Shown: one piece after another, positions 18,946 to 28,687 of the stretch
Numbering within the stretch: position 1 is the first letter of the stretch
Layout: the number at the start of each line of letters is the position of its first letter
Source: an uncultured delta proteobacterium
GTDB lineage: Bacteria > Myxococcota_A > Polyangia > Polyangiales > Polyangiaceae
Assembly: GCA_963806225.1 (NCBI GenBank)
Contig: CAWDXG010000004.1
Location: 2,656,001 to 2,720,000, forward strand
DNA length: 64,000 nt
Direction of reading: 5' to 3'
Made by a program: the position numbers and the translations under genes
Notes under the pieces: generated by a model
The model's input: the letters and a program-made list of their open reading frames with translations, nothing else
Told to the model about the DNA's origin: nothing
The model's database searches: none

Positions 18946-19347
18946 ATGTGGACAGGACTTCACCCCGCCGCCTGCAGCGCCGTGGCCGCGCTTGCCCCCG
19001 CCGCCGCCCAGACCGACGTGGCGAGCTGCCCGCACCCGTTTGCGAGCAAGGCCTGCCTCGCCATCTGGCTCCTGGTCAGCACCCCCTTCGTCGCGGCGGG
19101 GGGAACCTACTCGCTGCTGTCGCTGATGCGCCGGAAGGTGCTCGCGCCGTCCAGGGTCTCGCTCTACACGGCGATCGCGGCTGGCTTCGTGTATGCGTTC
19201 ATCACCAGCTCGATTCTGGCAGTCATTCTGGACGTGGGAGCGCTGCACTCGAGCTCGGCGGCCGTCGAGTTGTTCCTGTTCATGGTGTGGACGCTGGTTC
19301 TCCAGGCCCTGTACGTTCGATTGGTCACGCTCATCTGGCTGCGCTGA
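18946..19347 (+). CDS. Hypothetical membrane protein (about 3 TM)
   Basis: Three hydrophobic segments; start uncertain. Confidence 0.5.
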   Translation: MWTGLHPAACSAVAALAPAAAQTDVASCPHPFASKACLAIWLLVSTPFVAAGGTYSLLSLMRRKVLAPSRVSLYTAIAAGFVYAFITSSILAVILDVGALHSSSAAVELFLFMVWTLVLQALYVRLVTLIWLR

Positions 19348-19500
19348 CGGCCGGAAATGCCAGGGCGGAGCGGCCCGGCGCAGTGCACAATCGACCTGGC
19401 CCGGCGTATGCATTGCGCGGGACACGCGCCCTGCCCGGGGTCGCGACGAGATGCGGGCCTGGCCGGCTCGAACCCCCCACTCGAGAAGGAGGATGTCGTG

Positions 19501-20694
19501 ATGAGAAAGTACTTGCTTGGGTGCATGGTGCTCGGCGCCTCGCTCGCCTTCGTGGCCTGCGGCGGCAACAGCACCAGTGACATCTCGAACGGCGGCAGCG
19601 GCGGCGCGGCGGGCAGCGGCGGCTCAGCGGGCAACGGCGGCGCGGCGGGCAACGGCGGCGCGGCGGGCAGCGGCGGCGCGGCGGGTATTCCGCTTTCGGA
19701 CGTGCCCTCCAAGCTCGCCAAGACGTACTGCGATCTGTACGCGCAATGCTACGGGCCGCTGTGGTCGGTGTTCCAGCCCGGCGAGGACTGCGTGACCCGC
19801 ACCGAGAAGTCGATCGAGGACGGCAGCTTCAGCAAGCTCCAGGCCGAAGTCGATGCGGGCAAGGTCATCTACCACGCCGACAAGGCGCAGGGCTGCCTGG
19901 ACGCCGTGGCGGCGCGCAGCTGTGACCAGCTGCTGCAGCGCGACACGCCGGCATGCGACGCGACCGTGGAAGGCACGGTGGCCATGGGCGGCGACTGCGC
20001 GATCGACGCCGACTGCAAGGGCCAGGCCTACTGCAAGGCAGGCGCCCAGTGCCCCGGCAAGTGCGCGGCACTCGAGAGCGCGGGCGGCGACTGCCAGACC
20101 GACGATCAGTGCCAGGACGGCCTGAGCTGCGACAACACCACCCACAAGTGCGTGAAGCCGGCGGCCAAGGGACAGGCGTGCCAGGGCGGCACCGAGCCGG
20201 ACTGCGCTCCGCCGCTGCTCTGCCTGGGCAGCGACTCGACGAAGGGCCAGACCGGCAGCTGCATGGACTGGCACGACGTGCTCGTGTCGAAGGCGGGCGC
20301 GAGCTGCGACCTCCTCAACTTCAAGTGGTGCGAGAACGCCGACCCGTGCGTGGTGCAGAGCGTGTCCGCCGGCGGCGCCCTCACCGCAAGCTGCGGGCAG
20401 AAGGTGGCGTCGGGCGCAGCCTGCAAGGCAGCTGTGCCGGATCAGTGTCCGACCGGCGAGTACTGCAAGACCGCCACGAATTCGATCGACGGCACCTGCA
20501 CGCCACTGCCGAAGACCGGCGACCCCTGTGCGGGCAGCAGCAGCGATCAGTGCGGCGCGTACCTGCGCTGCGACTCGACCAGCCAGACCTGCAAGCCCCT
20601 GCAGCGGCTCGGCGAACCCTGCAGCGACGACCAGTTCTGCTACAGCGGCCATTGCGCCAGCGGCGGCTGCGCGCCGCCCGGCTGCAAGCAGTAG
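19501..20694 (+). CDS. Cys-rich repeat lipoprotein (myxobacterial Dickkopf-like repeats)
   Basis: AGGAGG RBS, FVAC lipobox, Gly linker, repeated G..C.....C...L.C units. Confidence 0.85.
   Translation: MRKYLLGCMVLGASLAFVACGGNSTSDISNGGSGGAAGSGGSAGNGGAAGNGGAAGSGGAAGIPLSDVPSKLAKTYCDLYAQCYGPLWSVFQPGEDCVTRTEKSIEDGSFSKLQAEVDAGKVIYHADKAQGCLDAVAARSCDQLLQRDTPACDATVEGTVAMGGDCAIDADCKGQAYCKAGAQCPGKCAALESAGGDCQTDDQCQDGLSCDNTTHKCVKPAAKGQACQGGTEPDCAPPLLCLGSDSTKGQTGSCMDWHDVLVSKAGASCDLLNFKWCENADPCVVQSVSAGGALTASCGQKVASGAACKAAVPDQCPTGEYCKTATNSIDGTCTPLPKTGDPCAGSSSDQCGAYLRCDSTSQTCKPLQRLGEPCSDDQFCYSGHCASGGCAPPGCKQ
19591..19686 (+). repeat. 18-bp tandem coding repeats (GGAAG[N/S])
   Basis: About 5 imperfect copies of ggcggcgcggcgggcaRc. 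Confidence 0.7.
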
Positions 20695-20779
20695 GGAGCG
20701 CCTCGCCGCAACGGCCCCGAGCCCGGCGTCCGGTTGGACGCCGGCGCGAGGGGCCGATGCGCTCGACGGGCGGCGCGGT

Positions 20780-21754
20780 TCAGGCCGCCGCGTACTTGGC
20801 GGCGAGCGCTTCCTCGGCGAGCTCGTCGAAGCTCATCCGCTCCGCGCGCTTGCGCTCGGCATCGGTGTACAGCCGGCTGATCATCTCCGCATCCACACCC
20901 AGAACGCGCTCGATGAGCCGGCCGAACACCAGGCGCACGACCGCCTGGTCGTTGTAGGCGTCCTGCAGCCCGGTCATCGCCTTGACGAACGCGCTGCGCC
21001 GCACGGTGGGCTTCGTACCGATGAGCTGGATGCGCTTGAACGCCTCTTTCATACGACGCCCCGGAGGATCCACGACCTGCATCGGCCGGAAGAACACGCC
21101 CCGGAAGAACGGCGCCGCGAAGTACAGCACGTTGGCGAACGCCCAGACGGCCTTGGCACGCTGTCCGAGCGGTGCCTTGGGCGTTGTCTTCAGCTGCTCG
21201 GCGTACTCGCGCGAGCAGTAGTAGTCGACCATGTGGAAGTCGATAGCGATGTGCCGCGACTCGTCGCGGTTGATCAGCGCCATCGCCTTCGTCGCTCATC
21301 TCGTCGTGGACATGATCGTTGATGGAGCGCAGCAGCGCCACATCGAGGATCAGCTCGCCGGCGGTAATGTAGGTGTTGGCGATCTCGGCGGACAGGTACT
21401 GGATCGGCGTGGACGAAATGCGGCGTGAAGCGCCGGAGCGCCGGGTTCATCTCGTACGGCTTGTAGCGGTGCACGTCGTAGTAGTCGGCGAGCATCTGCG
21501 CGGCGTGCGAGTGGCGCACCTCGTCCTTGACGAAGGTCTGGAAGATCTCCTTCAGCGCGCGGGTCGTCGACCTTCTTCGCCTGCTCGGCGAACAGCGCCC
21601 CGGCCAAGCGCTCGATGCCGGCCATGTCGGTGAAGTACTGGACGATGGCGATCTCGTCGTCCTTGTCCATCTCGCGCGGACGGCCGTTCCAGTCCAGGTC
21701 CCCGACCTGCCACTGCTCGCGGCGGCACTTGTCGAGCATCGAGTCGAGATTCAT
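20780..21754 (-). CDS. Ferritin-like diiron protein (frameshifted about 3 times in this sequence)
   Basis: Fragments join to give QW...DLDW, GIERLA, DEVRH, GELILD, DESRH (two ExxH motifs); shifts near 21560, 21405 and 21285; AGGAGG RBS. Confidence 0.75.
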
Positions 21755-21860
21755 CGAATCCTCCTTCGGACGGCGCGATTATACCACCCCGGGCCGGTGC
21801 TCGCCGGCGGGTGGGAGACTGTGCTCCCGGCCCCGACATGCGACGTGGTAGGAGGAGGGT

Positions 21861-22079
21861 ATGCGACGCTCCGGTCTGCTGGCTCTCTTGCTGTGTGCCC
21901 CGCTGGTCGCCGTGGGCTGCGCCTCGGGCACCCCGGGCGCCTGCCGCCCCGGGATCAACGAATGTGTCTCGCGCTGCCCGCAAGGCGGCAGCAACGACAT
22001 CCGCCAACCGCCGCCGCCGACCACCCAGAACAGCGAAACGCCCTGCGAGCGCGCCTGCCGGACGCAGTACTGCCGCTAG
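21861..22079 (+). CDS. Small Cys-rich lipoprotein (72 aa)
   Basis: AGGAGGAGG RBS, AVGC lipobox, six further Cys; stop abuts the MFS start. Confidence 0.7.
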   Translation: MRRSGLLALLLCAPLVAVGCASGTPGACRPGINECVSRCPQGGSNDIRQPPPPTTQNSETPCERACRTQYCR

Positions 22080-23564
22080 ATGAGCGAACCCCCGAGCTCG
22101 CATCGAACGCGGCGCGGCCCCGTGCTCGCCGCGATGATGCTCGCGATGTTCATGTCGGCCGTGGAAGCCACGATCGTGGCCACGGCGATGCCGACCATCG
22201 TGGCGGATCTCGGCGGCTTCTCGCTCTTCAGCTGGGTGTTCGCGATCTTCCTGCTCACGCAGGCGGTGACGATCCCGGTCTACGGCAAGCTCGCCGACAT
22301 GCGCGGGCGCAAGCCCGTGTTCTACGTCGGCACGACGATCTTCCTGGTCGGATCGCTTCTGTGCGGCTTCGCGCACACCATGGTCCAGCTCGTGGTGCTC
22401 CGCGCGGTACAGGGCGTGGGCGCCGGCGCCGTCCAGCCCATCGCGACCACCATCGTGGGCGACATCTACACGCCCGCCGAGCGCGCGAGGATCCAGGGTT
22501 GGCTGTCCAGCGTGTGGGGCATCTCGTCGGTCGTGGGGCCCGCCCTCGGCGCGTTCTTCGCCGAGAAGCTGACCTGGTCGCTGGTCTTCTGGATCAACCT
22601 GCCCATCGGCGTCGCCTCGATGCTGATGCTGGCCGCGTATCTGCACGAGGACGTGGAACACCACGAACACCAGGTCGACTACCTCGGCTCGGTGCTGCTC
22701 ATGATCTCGACCACGCTCGTGATGCTGGCGCTGATCCAGTACGAACAGCTCTCGCGGCAGGGCGGCCTAGCGCTCCCGGCCCTCATCCTGCTGGGCGCGG
22801 CAGGTCTTGTCGCGTTCTTCGTGCACGAGGGGCGCGCCCCCGAACCGCTCCTGCCTCTTTCTCTGTGGAAGGACCGCGTGATCGCCGTCGGCAACTCTGG
22901 CGCGCTTCTCACCGGCGCGCTGATGATGGGCATCACCTCCTTTCTGCCGACCTACGTGCAGGGCGTGATGGCCCGTTCGGCGATGGTCGCGGGCTTCGCG
23001 CTGGCGATGATGTCCATCGGTTGGCCGCTCGCCAGCGTGGCCGCGGGACGGATGATGCTGCGCACCTCGTATCGCTTCACCGCCATCGCCGGCGGCGTCG
23101 CACTGATCGGCGGAACCGGGCTCCTGATGGCGCTGTCGCCGCGTCACGGCGCACTGTTCGCCGCTCTGGCGTCCTTCGTCACCGGGGCGGGCATGGGGCT
23201 GACCAGCACGGTCTTCATCGTGTCGATCCAGACGGCCGTGCCCTGGAAACAACGGGGCGCCGCCACCTCCTCCAACATGTTCAGCCGCATCGTGGGCCAG
23301 GCCATGGGCACGGCCCTGTTCGGCGCCGTGCTCAACGTCGGCATCAGCGCGCGGGCGGGCACCGCCGCGCTGTCGTCGGGCTCGCTGGACCTCTTGATGG
23401 AGCCGGGGAAGCGCTCGACGCTAGCGCCCGATCGCCTGCACGAGCTGGAGAACGCCCTGGCCGGCGCGCTGCACAACGTGTACCTGATCGGCGGCGTGCT
23501 CGCGCTGTTGACGCTGCTCGTCGTGTTGGCACTGCCGCAGAAGCTCAGACCACAACCGGACTGA
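22080..23564 (+). CDS. MDR family MFS transporter (DHA2, 14 TM)
   Basis: ATIVATAMPTI, YGKLADMRGRK, RAVQGVGAG, GPALG, WVFWINLPIG-like motifs. Confidence 0.93.
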   Translation: MSEPPSSHRTRRGPVLAAMMLAMFMSAVEATIVATAMPTIVADLGGFSLFSWVFAIFLLTQAVTIPVYGKLADMRGRKPVFYVGTTIFLVGSLLCGFAHTMVQLVVLRAVQGVGAGAVQPIATTIVGDIYTPAERARIQGWLSSVWGISSVVGPALGAFFAEKLTWSLVFWINLPIGVASMLMLAAYLHEDVEHHEHQVDYLGSVLLMISTTLVMLALIQYEQLSRQGGLALPALILLGAAGLVAFFVHEGRAPEPLLPLSLWKDRVIAVGNSGALLTGALMMGITSFLPTYVQGVMARSAMVAGFALAMMSIGWPLASVAAGRMMLRTSYRFTAIAGGVALIGGTGLLMALSPRHGALFAALASFVTGAGMGLTSTVFIVSIQTAVPWKQRGAATSSNMFSRIVGQAMGTALFGAVLNVGISARAGTAALSSGSLDLLMEPGKRSTLAPDRLHELENALAGALHNVYLIGGVLALLTLLVVLALPQKLRPQPD

Positions 23565-23569
23565 GCCGT

Positions 23570-24475
23570 CTACAACGCCGGGTTGTGCGTCAGCCGCGCA
23601 CCGGGCGCGATGTCGAGCCGTTCGGCCAGCGCCGCCGCGGAGTGCTCGCGGTCCACGAACAGGAAGCGCTCGACACGCAGCGCGCCGTCGGCTGTCGCCA
23701 CGAGCATGCCCGCGTCGTCGATGTCGAGCACCGTACCCGGCGCGCCCTTCGCGGACCCGGGGCGCGCCGCCAGCACGCCGAGCTTCATGCCGCGGTAGAA
23801 GCAGTGCGCGAGCGTCGCGCCGCGGCACGCGCGCACCAGCCGTTCGAGCCGCGTCGCCTTGTCCGCCCAGTCGAGCAGCCCGTGCTCCGCTCGCAGCGGC
23901 GGGAAGTGGGTTGCCGCCGCGGAGTCCTGCTCGCGCTCTCCCGGCGGGGCGCCGCGGCTCGTGGCGGAGACGAGCTCCACGGCCAACCGGGCGCCCGCGC
24001 GGTCCACGGCTTCGGCCAGGCTCGCGCTCGTTGCGTCATCTGGCACCGCCACCGCTTCCTCTAGCAGAACAGGCCCCGCGTCGAACTCGTCCGTCATGCG
24101 ATGCAGCGTGATACCGACCTTGCGCTCGCCGTTCAGGATCGCCCAGAACAGCGGATCGCGCCCGCGATAGCGCGGCAGGAGCGACGGATGGCAGTTGACA
24201 GCGCCCAGCCGCGCTGCGTCCCGCACCTTGGCCCCGAGCTTCTCCGGCCAGCCCGCCACCAGCACCAGGTCGGGCTGCAGGCGCGAAAGCCGCGTCACGA
24301 AGCCCGGCTCGTTGACGCGGGCGTGGTGTTCGAGCGGGACGCCCTGCCTCGCCAGCGCCGCCTCCGCCGGCGCGCCGGGCCCCGTCACGACCAGCAGCGG
24401 CGCGTGCCCGCTCTCCACGAGCGCATCGAGGTACAGACTTGCGGTCCGGCACCAGGCGAATAACACCACCTTCAT
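23570..24475 (-). CDS. Methionyl-tRNA formyltransferase-like (N10-formyl-THF dependent) enzyme
   Basis: NCHPSLLPRYRG.DP, GITLHRM...FDAGPV and a C-terminal Fmt domain; lacks the canonical Fmt N-terminal F.GTP.FA. Confidence 0.85.
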   Translation of the reverse strand: MKVVLFAWCRTASLYLDALVESGHAPLLVVTGPGAPAEAALARQGVPLEHHARVNEPGFVTRLSRLQPDLVLVAGWPEKLGAKVRDAARLGAVNCHPSLLPRYRGRDPLFWAILNGERKVGITLHRMTDEFDAGPVLLEEAVAVPDDATSASLAEAVDRAGARLAVELVSATSRGAPPGEREQDSAAATHFPPLRAEHGLLDWADKATRLERLVRACRGATLAHCFYRGMKLGVLAARPGSAKGAPGTVLDIDDAGMLVATADGALRVERFLFVDREHSAAALAERLDIAPGARLTHNPAL

Positions 24476-25730
24476 GACGAGCACGTGTAGGGACATTGGC
24501 CGCGCCGCACAAGGTGCTCGAAGCCTGTTGCTCGTCCTGCCTGCGACCAGCTACCGCGGTGAGGCCTACGTGCAAGCTTCAGAGAGGCTCGGCGTCGAGC
24601 TGACGCTCGGCAGCGACGCCGCCTCCGCCATGCGCCGCCACGGTCGCCCCGTACTGGAGCTGGATCTGGCACGTCCCGAGGAAGCCGCACAGAACGTGCT
24701 GGCCCGCGGGGGGCGCTTCGATGGCGTGCTCGGCACCGACGAGCAGAGCTGCGCTCGTCGCCGCCCACGTCGCCGCCGCGCTCGGACTGCCCTCGAGCGA
24801 TCCGGACGCCGCGCTCGCCGCGCGCGACAAGCGCCGCATGCGCCAGCGGCTCGAAGCTGCCGGCGTGCCCGGGCCGCGCGTCTGCGTGCTCGAGCCCCTA
24901 CAGGGTGCTGCGGATCTGCACGACGCCGCCTTCCCCTGCGTGGTCAAGCCGCCCATGCTGAGCGGCAGCCAGGGCGTCATCCGGGCCGACGACGAGGCCT
25001 CGCTCGACACCGCGATCGCCCGCGTGCGCGGCATCCTGGCGCGACATCCGAGCAGCTGGCGGGAGCACCCGGACTTCCACCGGCTGCTGGTCGAGGACTA
25101 CATCGACGGGCCCGAGGTCGCCGTCGAGGCGCTGATGCACGACGGCCAGCTCGAGCTGGTCGCGCTGTTCGACAAGCCCGACGATCTGGTGGGGCCATTC
25201 TTCGAGGAAACGATCTACGTCACGCCGTCGCGCCACGCGCCGGCCGTCCAGACGCAGATCCTCGACGTGACGGGCCGCGCGGCCCGGGCGCTCGGCCTCG
25301 TGCACGGTCCGGTCCACGCCGAGCTCCGGATCGGCGCCGCGGGTCCCGAGGTCGTCGAGCTCGCCGGCCGATCCATCGGCGGCCTGTGCTCGCGCACGCT
25401 CGAGCTCTGCGCAGACAACCTCGAGGAGCGCCTGGTCGCCCACGCCGTGGGCCTGCCCCGCCGCGACGCGCAGCACGAAGCGGGCACTGCGGCCGGCGTC
25501 ATGATGATCCCGATCCCGCGCTCCGGCGTGTTCCGGAGCGCCAGCGGCGTCGAGCGCGCCCGCGGCGTCGACGGGAATCGAGGAGCGTCGTCATCGCAGC
25601 GCGACCCGGCGACGCCCTGTACGCGCTTCCGGAGGGCTCGAGCTACGCTGGCTTCATCTTCGCGCGCGGCGCGGAGCCCACCGGCGTCGAATCCGCGCTG
25701 CGCGCCGCTCACGCCGAGCTCGAGCTCTAG
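24474..25730 (+). CDS. ATP-grasp ligase (frameshifted in this sequence)
   Basis: LLLVLPATSYR N-terminus; ARDKRRMR, FPCVVKP..LSGSQGVIRAD, LLVEDYIDGPE, FEETIYVTPS, GPVHAELR, LPEGSSYAGFIFARG; three extra bases (about 24750, 25575, 25582) restore the original frame; start uncertain. Confidence 0.8.
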   Translation: MTSTCRDIGRAAQGARSLLLVLPATSYRGEAYVQASERLGVELTLGSDAASAMRRHGRPVLELDLARPEEAAQNVLARGGRFDGVLGTDEQSCARRRPRRRRARTALERSGRRARRARQAPHAPAARSCRRARAARLRARAPTGCCGSARRRLPLRGQAAHAERQPGRHPGRRRGLARHRDRPRARHPGATSEQLAGAPGLPPAAGRGLHRRARGRRRGADARRPARAGRAVRQARRSGGAILRGNDLRHAVAPRAGRPDADPRRDGPRGPGARPRARSGPRRAPDRRRGSRGRRARRPIHRRPVLAHARALRRQPRGAPGRPRRGPAPPRRAARSGHCGRRHDDPDPALRRVPERQRRRARPRRRRESRSVVIAARPGDALYALPEGSSYAGFIFARGAEPTGVESALRAAHAELEL

Positions 25731-25839
25731 CTCTCGCCGCTCCTGTCGCTGCTGTGATGGCACGACCCTTCCGGCCCTGGCGCGCCCCGCCGTCGCTTTT
25801 CCGCTGTAGCCGGCGCCGCGCTGGGCTAGCCTCGACGCC

Positions 25840-26166
25840 ATGTTGAGCGAGCTCACCAGCGAAGAACGCCTGCTACTGCTCGAGTTCGTGTGCGCCTTCG
25901 CGTGGGCGGATCTCGAAATCCGCGACGAGGAGCGCGACTTCGTGCACCGCCTCGTGCGCCAGCTCGAACTGCCCCGCGAGGAAGCCGAGAAGGTCGACGA
26001 GTGGCTCAGGGTCCCGCCCAAGCCCGAGGACGTCGACCCCAACAAGGTCCCTCGCCGCCACCGCGAGCTGTTTTTGGCAGCCGCCCATCTGATGATCTCC
26101 AGCGACGGCGAGATCGCACCGGCAGAGCGCGAGGACTACGAGCTGCTGCAGCAGCTGCTCAGCTGA
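25840..26166 (+). CDS. TerB family (tellurite-resistance-like) protein
   Basis: AWADLEIRDEERDFV and SDGEIAPAERE duplicated TerB motifs. Confidence 0.8.
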   Translation: MLSELTSEERLLLLEFVCAFAWADLEIRDEERDFVHRLVRQLELPREEAEKVDEWLRVPPKPEDVDPNKVPRRHRELFLAAAHLMISSDGEIAPAEREDYELLQQLLS

Positions 26167-26212
26167 GGCCGCCTCCCGCAGCGAGCGCGCTCCGGCACCG
26201 GGGACGCGCGGC

Positions 26213-27154
26213 TCAGCGCAAGGCCAGGTGCACCTCCGACCACAGCTCGAGATCGTGCGTGCCGGGGATGGGCAGGGGCCGCTTCATGATCTCGCTGCCC
26301 TCGGGAAACACGCGACCCTGCCTGTAGTCCCACTCGCCCTCGCTGTCCTTCTTGACGAGCTTCGCGTTGCCGGGGTCCGGGCCGGGCGCGAACTCCGGTT
26401 GCTCGTGCTCGACGCGCAGGCGGATGTCGCCGCTCTCGAGCGAGACGAGCCGGTAGCGGGCGACCAGCTCGACTTCGTTGCCGCGCACTTCGGCCGTGCT
26501 GTGCACGCGCCAGCGCGCGCCGGCGCCCAGCTTTCCGGACGGCAGGGCCTCGGCGCTGGACATGAGCGAGGTGGCGAGCGCCAGGGCGATCGGCCCAGGG
26601 TGCTTCTGCGAGCCTTCAAACTCTACCTGATCGATCAGCCCATGACCGGTGATGGTCGCGTGGCCGTCGATGGTGTCGCCGAGCACGCCGGCCTTGGCTC
26701 CGCCCTGCGTCATCATCTGCACGAGCTTCGGGTCGCCGCGGGTGTGGTAGCGGAACGGACCGAGCCGGGCGTCGAAGCGTGCGGTTCCGTCAGCCCCGAC
26801 CTGCTCGATGTGCACGTCGACGGGCGCCTCCACGACGGAGGCGGCAAGCTCGGCGCCCTTCTTCATCACGCGCGTTACGGTGGACAGCTCGAGGCGCTGC
26901 TCGGCGCCCGCCAAGAACGCGCGGCCCAGATCGCGGCGCGGCGCGGAACCGCGGTCGGCGATATCGAAGCGCGAGTCGGCCGACAGCGCCGCGCCGTCCG
27001 CGGCAGCTTCCGCACCGGCATCCGCGCTGCGCGCGGACGCGTCTGGCCGCGACGAGGTGGCCGGCTCCGGCGCGGTGGCGGATTGTGCGAGGGAATGCGC
27101 GCCGCCGCAGGCCGCGACGGTCGACACGAGGAGCAGCAGATGCCGCCGCGTCAT
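26213..27154 (-). CDS. Hypothetical lipoprotein
   Basis: LLLLVSTVAAC lipobox; ATGA overlap with the radical SAM stop. Confidence 0.7.
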   Translation of the reverse strand: MTRRHLLLLVSTVAACGGAHSLAQSATAPEPATSSRPDASARSADAGAEAAADGAALSADSRFDIADRGSAPRRDLGRAFLAGAEQRLELSTVTRVMKKGAELAASVVEAPVDVHIEQVGADGTARFDARLGPFRYHTRGDPKLVQMMTQGGAKAGVLGDTIDGHATITGHGLIDQVEFEGSQKHPGPIALALATSLMSSAEALPSGKLGAGARWRVHSTAEVRGNEVELVARYRLVSLESGDIRLRVEHEQPEFAPGPDPGNAKLVKKDSEGEWDYRQGRVFPEGSEIMKRPLPIPGTHDLELWSEVHLALR

Positions 27155-28668
27155 CCCGGGTCGGGTACCACATGCGGCGCGCCCGGGCAGCAGCCGTCCC
27201 TGCCCTGCGCGATGCGCTCGAACTGCTCCGCGCTCGGCTCCGCGCAGCAGAACCAGGACTCGGTGAGTCGCGGCACGAAGACCAGCCCGGGCGCCGGTGG
27301 CAGGGGCCTGGGCTCGCGCCCCACCGCGGCATACGCGAGCGTGCGGATGGCCGCGAGGGTTTCCCGGTTGTCCGCGCCGCGCGCTGCGCCTTTCTCGACC
27401 GCGCGACTCACCTCGCGCTGCAACGCATCCATGCGCGGGTCGGGATGGGTCCAGCGGTAGCCCAGGGCCTCGGCGTCGAAACCGTCGACCCATGCGGGCA
27501 GTTCCGCCGCGACCTTTTCGCCGCTCCCGGCCGGAAGCCGCCCCCGGTCGCGCGGCCAGAGCAGAGCCGAGCCCGGAGGTACGAGCAGACGGATCGACAG
27601 CTGGATGGGGTCGACCTGCTCGGTGAGCTGTTCGTGGAACACGAAATCGACGAGCTCCACGTAGTCGTCGAGCGTGGCCCACGGCGAGAAGGGCACCAGC
27701 GACGGCCTGAGCGGGATGCCCGCCTCGCGCGTGATGCCGAGCGCCTCGACGACGTCGGCGCGGGTGTGGCCCTTGTCGAGCTCGGTGAGCACGCGGTCGG
27801 CCAGCGATTCGACGGCCGAAACGACAAACGCGCAGCCGAGCTCGCCGAGCTCCTTGAACAGCTCGCGGTGCCGCAGCACGTGCTCGATCTTGACGGTGAC
27901 GTCGAAGCTCACACCGGGATGGGCGGCGTGCAGGCGACGCACCACGTTCATGGTGTGACCTGGGCCGTTGAGGAAGTCCGGATCGCCGAAGGTGATGTGC
28001 TGCGCGCCAGCCGCGACCTGCTGATCGATGTCGGAGAGCACGACCTCCGCTGGCACCACGAAGAAACGGCCGTCGTAGACCGGCACGACCGGGCAGTGAC
28101 GGCAGCGGTAGCGGCAGCCGCGTGTCGCTTCCGTGTAGCCCACGATGCGCTCCTCGCCAGGTCGCGGGCCGACCAGGCGCGCGTAGCGGGCGAGCGGCGG
28201 CAGCCCGCGCCTGACCGGCAACTGGAAGGTAGTCCTTTCCAGGCGGGGCGGCGCGATCGCCCCGCGCGTGGACAGGCCGCCGATGCCTTCCAGCGCTTCG
28301 CCGCGCGCCAGGCGACCCGCGAGCTCGACCAGCGCCGGCTCGATTTCACCGCCGAGGATCGAGTCGACCGCGCTCTCGAGCAGATGGGCAGCGTTCATCC
28401 AGGCGTACAGCCCGAACATGCAGACGTGGGCTTGCGGCGCCATCGCCCTGAGCTCGGCCGCAAGGCGGACTCCGAGCCGGAGCGCCGTGTGCATGGGCAC
28501 CGAGATCGCGACGAGGTCAGCGCCCTGCAAAAGCCCGGGATCCGGCGCGCCGAGCGACGCATCCAGCGCAACCACGGACGCGCCCGCCGCCTCCAGCGCG
28601 CCCCATGCCGAAGCGAGCGCGAACGGCTGGTGTCCGAGCTCGTAGCAGGAGACCAGCAGGACTTTCAT
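27151..28668 (-). CDS. CUAEP/CCAEP-tail radical SAM protein (B12-binding-like N-domain), Cys variant
   Basis: YELGHQP N-terminus, ATRGCRYRCRHCP (CxxxCxxC), HITFGDPDF, PRLTESWFCCAEP tail encoded TGC TGC. Confidence 0.88.
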   Translation of the reverse strand: MKVLLVSCYELGHQPFALASAWGALEAAGASVVALDASLGAPDPGLLQGADLVAISVPMHTALRLGVRLAAELRAMAPQAHVCMFGLYAWMNAAHLLESAVDSILGGEIEPALVELAGRLARGEALEGIGGLSTRGAIAPPRLERTTFQLPVRRGLPPLARYARLVGPRPGEERIVGYTEATRGCRYRCRHCPVVPVYDGRFFVVPAEVVLSDIDQQVAAGAQHITFGDPDFLNGPGHTMNVVRRLHAAHPGVSFDVTVKIEHVLRHRELFKELGELGCAFVVSAVESLADRVLTELDKGHTRADVVEALGITREAGIPLRPSLVPFSPWATLDDYVELVDFVFHEQLTEQVDPIQLSIRLLVPPGSALLWPRDRGRLPAGSGEKVAAELPAWVDGFDAEALGYRWTHPDPRMDALQREVSRAVEKGAARGADNRETLAAIRTLAYAAVGREPRPLPPAPGLVFVPRLTESWFCCAEPSAEQFERIAQGRDGCCPGAPHVVPDPG

Positions 28669-28687
28669 GCGGCGTACAGCCGGCACT

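Noticed and set aside
15560..19690. Short tandem repeats as a possible CRISPR array
   Set aside because: They are in-frame Pro/Gly coding repeats without unique spacers, and no cas genes are present
24740..25590. Programmed frameshifting in the ATP-grasp gene
   Set aside because: No slippery heptamer seen, three separate extra bases, and similar indels in many unrelated genes nearby
27151..28668. Selenoprotein with UGA recoding
   Set aside because: Tail codons are TGC TGC and there is no internal in-frame TGA
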